A DNA stretch of 64,000 nucleotides. It comes from Opitutia bacterium. Its GTDB lineage: Bacteria > Verrucomicrobiota > Verrucomicrobiia > Opitutales > T3Sed10-336. Both the position numbers and the translations under genes were made by a program. Location of the stretch: NCBI GenBank assembly GCA_050506795.1, contig JBJHCF010000006.1, positions 32,001-96,000 on the forward strand, written 5' to 3'. The notes under the pieces were generated by a model. It saw only the letters and a program-made list of their open reading frames with translations. It was not told the origin of the DNA and searched no databases. Below, piece by piece: positions 59,242-64,000 of this stretch; positions within the stretch are counted from its first letter, which is position 1, and each line of letters opens with the position of its first letter.

Positions 59242-60088
59242 TGGCGAGAATGTTTTCTCCGAAGACGAGATCGCCTTCGGGGTAGCGTGTGGAACGGGTA
59301 TCCGGTGATCTTTCGTCGCGTGGGGGAATGGGGGTTCCGCGGAGGTCGTTGCCGCCTGGACCCACGGAATAGAGGGTGTAGGTATGACTTGTCCGCTGGT
59401 AAGCGAGCGGGCGATGGGTGGCGAACGGATCGACTGTTAGCCGAGGGAGGTAATTTGGATGAAGGGCTTCGAGGCGGTCGGGATAGGCTCCTGTATCTTC
59501 CCTGTGGGCGTGAAGAGCCAAGGCTGTCAGAAGGAGCTCTCCGGCGGCTTTAGTGGTTATCGCGTAGTCCCAGGCCAGAAATACCGTTTCCCTGAGCGAT
59601 GCGACCGGCCTCGGGCTTCCCGGCAGGTTCTCCAGGAGCGCCACGCCATCGACGAAAACCGGTTGATCCACTGCTTGGGTCGCTGCCAGCATGACTTGGT
59701 CGGTTCCGGATGCCAGGCGTTGTTTATGCATCCAAAGAGAGTGCCAGCGGATACGCAGTCGGTCCAAAAAGGCGAACTCAGAGAATTCTTTGCCTGCGAT
59801 GTCCAGCGCGGTGGGTGTCTCGGCGACATACGTTTTCGCAGCGTTCCGTCTCCAATACGATTCGTCATCGAGACGGTCTGCCCTTACTTCGAAACGCGTG
59901 AGCTGAGCCGTATCCTCAATCGCGTTTGCTGCGTCCAGGTAGACATCGAACGCGTTGACCTCGGGGACGGGTATGGAGTCAAGCGTGGTAAACTCCGGCA
60001 TTCTGTTCCCGTCGATCCGCCACCAGATAGCGGCGATAACGATAGCCAGGAGCAGAAGGGTGCCGGAAAGGAGGACTTTTCGGAGCAT
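59213..60088 (-). CDS. Membrane-anchored hypothetical protein with a GspG-like C-terminal motif
   Basis: N-terminal TM segment; ALAL..H...TG.YPD.LE.L.P.YL....DPF..YTLYSVGP.G.D. Confidence 0.5.
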   Translation of the reverse strand: MLRKVLLSGTLLLLAIVIAAIWWRIDGNRMPEFTTLDSIPVPEVNAFDVYLDAANAIEDTAQLTRFEVRADRLDDESYWRRNAAKTYVAETPTALDIAGKEFSEFAFLDRLRIRWHSLWMHKQRLASGTDQVMLAATQAVDQPVFVDGVALLENLPGSPRPVASLRETVFLAWDYAITTKAAGELLLTALALHAHREDTGAYPDRLEALHPNYLPRLTVDPFATHRPLAYQRTSHTYTLYSVGPGGNDLRGTPIPPRDERSPDTRSTRYPEGDLVFGENILAIVEIPTARE

Positions 60089-60200
60089 GGACCGTATCTT
60101 CTTTCCGAACCAGCCGGGAGGTCAATCGGCATTCGGGTTAGAGGGGTCAGTGGCGTTCGCAGGGTCGGTTTCCCGGGGATTCGGCAGCACCCGCCGGGAA

Positions 60201-60752
60201 TCAATAGCCAAATAGCCCCTCTAAGATCAGAAAGGCGATGACACCGCCAACTATTGCGATCAGCGAAACCACCTTTCCCAGGGCGGCAAATGATAGGAAC
60301 TCGCGAATCGGGGAGCAGAAAAAATGGAAAAACAACAGCAATGCGGTGCCGACACAGACGATCGCCAGGGCTGAAGCTTGGGTTTCGGTGTATTCATGGA
60401 ATTCCCGCATCCTCCAGTCCCACCACAGTATTGATCTTTGGCCGAATGCTTTGACAGCGTAGAGCAGTGGAAAGGCCGGCAAAATGATGCCCAGGAATAG
60501 CCGGCTTGGCAGGCCTCCCGAGGCCGGAATGCTGAGGCGGTCTCCTACCTCGTTGGGATGCCACAAAAGCCAAAGCACCACCCCCGCCGCTATCAGCATC
60601 CCGACGAATGCCAGAACAACCAGCAACAATTGCAGAGGAAGGGGGATAGAACTGGTTGAGGATACTATGATCATGGAGGAGAGGAAAGGCTGACTCTGGA
60701 GCACAGGATGGTTTAGGCCGCTGTGATCTTGGTGGGGCGTATTGGAAACCAT
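60201..60752 (-). CDS. Hypothetical membrane protein
   Basis: About four hydrophobic segments; co-oriented with neighbours. Confidence 0.5.
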   Translation of the reverse strand: MVSNTPHQDHSGLNHPVLQSQPFLSSMIIVSSTSSIPLPLQLLLVVLAFVGMLIAAGVVLWLLWHPNEVGDRLSIPASGGLPSRLFLGIILPAFPLLYAVKAFGQRSILWWDWRMREFHEYTETQASALAIVCVGTALLLFFHFFCSPIREFLSFAALGKVVSLIAIVGGVIAFLILEGLFGY

Positions 60753-61201
60753 TCACGCTGCTGAGGCAATGTCCTGGTGTCAGGGTCGGGCCGGGCCGGT
60801 TGGACCCGCGAGAGCGGACCCCCGGAGGAAGGATTTTCCAAGCGCCTGGAATTTTAATCCGCCCCCTTTGGCGGAGAGAATGTCCGCCGGAATCATGACC
60901 CCCCGGGCCCGTCTTTGTCCCGGGGTATGCGAGGGGGGTGCCGGGGAACTGGAGGGAATGGAACGGACCTGTCGTCTCTTGGCCGTCCGGAGCCCTGTCG
61001 TCGGCTCTGCGCACCGCTCACTCATGTCACTCGGCGTGAGCAGGCGGATGATGCGCTGGCCGCAAGGGGGGAGGCCGCTGAGGGGGTTTGGTCGGCCGCC
61101 CGGTTGGCACCAGTTCCTCCGGTGTGGGTTATGGGTGGACTGGAGGGAGGAGGGTCAGGGGGGCGCGCAGCTTCTCGTGTGGACTCCCAGACAGGGCCGC
61201 G

Positions 61202-61284
61202 CAGAGAAGTCAATTTTCACTGTAAAGATAGCGCCCTTCCTTCTTTTCGTATTTCTTTGGAAGGCTGGTGCCGGAGGGGACGAT
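61202..61284 (+). repeat. ~82-bp direct repeat, copy 2 (copy 1 at 9673-9753)
   Basis: TTTTCACTGTAAAGATA..AGGCTGGTGCCGGAGGGGACGAT is shared. Confidence 0.85.
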
Positions 61285-61361
61285 TCGGAGGGGCGGGTCT
61301 CGCGGATGAAGGAACTCCTGTACGGACCGGAAGGGATTTCGGATGCGCTTGTCCGGGGCGT

Positions 61362-61508
61362 TCATGACAAACTCCAAGGGCGACATCTGGAGGTGTGCGA
61401 CGATCGACCGCGGTTGTGCTTCTGCAGACGCGCCTTCAGATCGGAGGTAAGGCCGATGTAGGTTTGTTCGGGATAAGGTTGGGAACGCAGGAGGTAGACG
61501 TAGTGCAT
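61362..61508 (-). pseudogene. Truncated GIY-YIG nuclease
   Basis: MHYVYLLRS....TYIGLTSDLKARLQKHNRG...HTS..RPW, stopping after 48 aa. Confidence 0.8.
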
Positions 61509-61546
61509 GACGGGGTTTCCGCCGTCGCCCTGCGGGCTATGGCGCG

Positions 61547-61596
61547 CAGCCTTCGCCGGGACTTCGGCTTGCCAGCCGAAGCCTTGGCGAAGGCTG
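61547..61596. repeat. 23-bp-arm hairpin abutting the tmRNA 3' end
   Basis: CAGCCTTCGCCGGGACTTCGGCT-TGCC-AGCCGAAGCCTTGGCGAAGGCTG. Confidence 0.7.
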
Positions 61597-61950
61597 GAGG
61601 TGGCGGGAGTCGAACCCGCGTCCCCTGAGGCTTCACGTGAGGCTTCTACATGTTTAGCTTTTCTATATACCTCGCCCCTGGTCCGCGGAAAAGCGCGCAA
61701 ACCAGAAGGCCAGCCACCGGTGAACGTACGGTCCAGGCGCCGGAAGCGCCCGCCTGGACTATGCCTGCTGGTCGTCGCCCCGCTCTCTAGCAGGTGTCAA
61801 GAGAAGGACGTGGCTGCAGCTTAATTAAGCAGCCATTGGCAGTTGTTCTTCATTGCCAGTTACTTGGTTGATGGACGTTTTACGAGGCCAACCATCATCC
61901 TCGACATGCCACCTCACACTCCAACTCAGGGTCGAATCCAGAACACCCCC
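61595..61950 (-). ncRNA. ssrA: tmRNA; tag (A)GNEEQLPMAA*
   Basis: 5' GGGGGTGTTCTGGATTCGAC; 3' GGTTCGACTCCCGCCACCTCCA with a G3.U acceptor pair; tag ORF at 61825-61857; CCA not encoded. Confidence 0.95.
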
Positions 61951-62299
61951 GATGCGTCGGTGTGAGAGGAAATTCCTCTCAAAGAACGGTGAATTGCCGT
62001 GCCGTGCGTCGATTCCGGCGACGGACGGGTTTGGCGTTTACAGGATGACCATAAACGGAGTCAGGGGGATTTGGCAAGTGCGGGGAAGAGTTTTGTTGGC
62101 GGAAGAAATGAATCTCACGCCCGCTTCGATCAAGACCCGGAGACCCAAAGATTCAAGAAACGGCCCAGCCACCTCCCGAGCCAAAGCCAGGGCCGTGTGA
62201 ACCACGAAATACACGAAATTCACGAAATGGGGGTAAGAATATCCGGATCCAAAGCCTCGGAGACCTTTATGAGTTTTTGGAGCTTGTGTCTCCGAAAAT

Positions 62300-62362
62300 G
62301 TCCTGCTTGAAGCACGGACCTACGTGGCGGAGCCATAAGAGTAGCGCCGTGCTTCAGCCGGC
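62300..62362 (-). repeat. REP-like doublet, copy 3
   Basis: Reverse complement reads GCCGGCTGAAGCACGGCGCTAC..GCTCCGCCACGTAGGTCCGTGCTTCAAGCAGGAC. Confidence 0.75.
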
Positions 62363-62490
62363 CTGCCTTCTTCGCTCGGTAGTGGGTAATAAGTCCAGTG
62401 CCGGGTGACGGTATGAAAAGCCGACTGAGGGGCTTGGGGTCTTTGCGTGAGCCTGAACCGAACCGCCAACCAATTGGTATCAACTCCAAG

Positions 62491-63105
62491 TTATGGGAAG
62501 TGCAGGTCGTGGTGGGTTTGGAGCCAGGTCTCGAGGTTTTCGATGAGGGGGGCGGCGTGGCGGAGGGGGGCTTCGGGGAGATCGGCCAGGGGGTGGTGGA
62601 TGAGGGAGTCGGCGGCGGCGCGACGAGACGTGGGGAGCGTGCGGAACCAGTCTTCCCGTACTGCGAAACCTTCGTCGCGGGCGTAGAGGTACAGGGCTTT
62701 GAGGTAGACCACTTCGGGGTGAGGGGTCTTTTCCCAGGCATCGAGAGCGTGCCCGAGGGCAATGAAAAGATCGGCGGCGGCATCCGCGTGCAGGGGGTTC
62801 TTCATCAATACGGCGGCGAACCGACTCGCGTATTCAAGAGTTCGGTACGAGCGACCGAGGCCGGGGAAGTGACGGGTGATAAGCCATTCCTTGAGGAACC
62901 AGGTACGGCCTTCGTTGCGCGTTTCGATGACGGCTTCCATACGATCGAAGAGATCTGGCGGGATCGCCGTTCCCGCTTTGCGACGGCTCTCGCGGCGGAA
63001 GACGGTCAGGATGCCGAGTCGTTCGGCGAAGATCCGCAGGCGCTGCATGGATTCACCCGAGGGTTCCCGGGTAAGAACGAAGGCGTTGGTGGTTTCGAAC
63101 GGCAC
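62491..63105 (-). CDS. recO: RecO-like DNA repair protein
   Basis: N-terminal OB-like AFVLTREPSGES..L.IF....G.L..F.R, PDLFD; size and core-genome context fit. Confidence 0.55.
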   Translation of the reverse strand: MPFETTNAFVLTREPSGESMQRLRIFAERLGILTVFRRESRRKAGTAIPPDLFDRMEAVIETRNEGRTWFLKEWLITRHFPGLGRSYRTLEYASRFAAVLMKNPLHADAAADLFIALGHALDAWEKTPHPEVVYLKALYLYARDEGFAVREDWFRTLPTSRRAAADSLIHHPLADLPEAPLRHAAPLIENLETWLQTHHDLHFP

Positions 63106-63155
63106 GAGGAATTCGCCGGTCCGCGCCGGCGGGCCGACAGTCTTTGGTAATGCTT

Positions 63156-63872
63156 CTAATGTTTCGTTTCGGGGCTTTCGGCCGGTAATCGTTTCTCAGC
63201 GTTTTCGTTGACGCCGGAGACCCGGGTTTGCTCCCGATAAGGCGGAACCACGGCGCCTCCGGAGATAATGAGCTTCATTCCTTCGCCCACGCTCATTTCC
63301 AGTTCGATAACGTCTTCTTTGGGCACCATGAGGAGGAATCCGCTGGTCGGATTGGGAGTGGTGGGGACGAACACGTTGCAGAGGTCGGCCGAGGTTTTTG
63401 CCTGGGTTTCCCCTTTGGCGGTACTGGTGAGGAATCCGATGGCGTAGGTGCCTTTGCGGGGATATTCCAGCATGACCACTTTTTGGAATACCGCTTTTTC
63501 CTGAAGACTGAAAGTCTCCACGATCTGTTTGACCGATCCGTAGACGGTTTTCACAAACGGGAAGGAGGTGATGACCTTCTCCGAAAGGTTGACGAAGTAG
63601 CGGGCGATGAGGTAGCGGGACAGGAATCCGAGAACCGTCACCAGGATCATCACTTTGATGGTGGCGGCGATGTTCCACAGGGCGACGAGACCGCGGCGTT
63701 GCAGGAGATGTTCGGGGATGTAAAAGAAGAAGTAGTCCCGGAACTGGCCGCCCACGTTGGAAATAAGGATGTTGAAAACGTACAGGGTGACTGCGATCGG
63801 CGTCAGGAGAACAACTCCTGCCAGGAACGCTTTGCGCAGGGAGATTAATATGGCGGAGGTCCGTTGATTCAT
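63156..63872 (-). CDS. DUF502 membrane protein
   Basis: FLAG..LLTP...T, P.VK.VY..VKQ, VMLEYPRKG, VFVPTTPNPTSGFL, ISGG. Confidence 0.9.
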   Translation of the reverse strand: MNQRTSAILISLRKAFLAGVVLLTPIAVTLYVFNILISNVGGQFRDYFFFYIPEHLLQRRGLVALWNIAATIKVMILVTVLGFLSRYLIARYFVNLSEKVITSFPFVKTVYGSVKQIVETFSLQEKAVFQKVVMLEYPRKGTYAIGFLTSTAKGETQAKTSADLCNVFVPTTPNPTSGFLLMVPKEDVIELEMSVGEGMKLIISGGAVVPPYREQTRVSGVNENAEKRLPAESPETKH

Positions 63873-64000
63873 TTCGGCTGTTCGACCTGAAAATTCGGAA
63901 TAAGGTGCGAATTTTCCAGTAAATCCATCGCTTTTTTTTCGGCCGTCCGCATTTTCCTTTTTTTCACGGGTTCGAGGTCGTCGAAACCGCACAAATGAAG

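Noticed and set aside
61265..61340. Complete tRNA gene at the CCCCTCCGGCACCA repeat
   Set aside because: Only a 3' acceptor-like end is present. No D-arm, anticodon arm or canonical TTCGA loop could be folded.
60750..61600. Integrase or duplicated tmRNA 3' end (att site)
   Set aside because: No tyrosine or serine recombinase ORF, and no second copy of the ssrA 3' end noticed by eye.
1..64000. CRISPR array or cas genes
   Set aside because: No regularly spaced 25-45 bp repeats with unique spacers, and no Cas motifs seen.

Overview
Most likely a PVC-superphylum genome, Verrucomicrobiota/Opitutales-like (inferred from PEP-CTERM proteins, prepilin H-X-DG proteins, a Verrucomicrobia-type C-terminal domain and many sulfatases). 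It has three zones. (1) 1-35.0 kb is a glycan-catabolism region: four sulfatases, BNR/sialidase-fold proteins, an MGH1-like hydrolase, a Na+:solute symporter, GntR and LacI regulators and a partly decaying sugar-acid operon. Two PEP-CTERM + pseudopilin-like cassettes sit in it, and no TonB/SusC receptor was seen. (2) 35.1-61.5 kb is a defence/toxin-antitoxin island: MNT/HEPN, DUF4258 and DUF6883/DUF4926 pairs, Fic, NERD-helicase plus an Mrr-N-only protein, an SBD-HNH nuclease with Vsr, a MORC-Z1-DUF4420-AIPR-Dcm operon, and an unusual SAM-methyltransferase-HNH-LexA/S24 fusion with an intact Ala-Gly site and Ser/Lys dyad. (3) 61.6-64 kb is core: tmRNA, recO-like and DUF502. The window has many internally collapsed genes, duplicated gene fragments, REP-like doublets, and an ~82-bp direct repeat with a tRNA-like 3' end bracketing ~51.5 kb beside tmRNA. 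No CRISPR array or integrase was seen. All family calls come from motif recognition by eye, not database searches.
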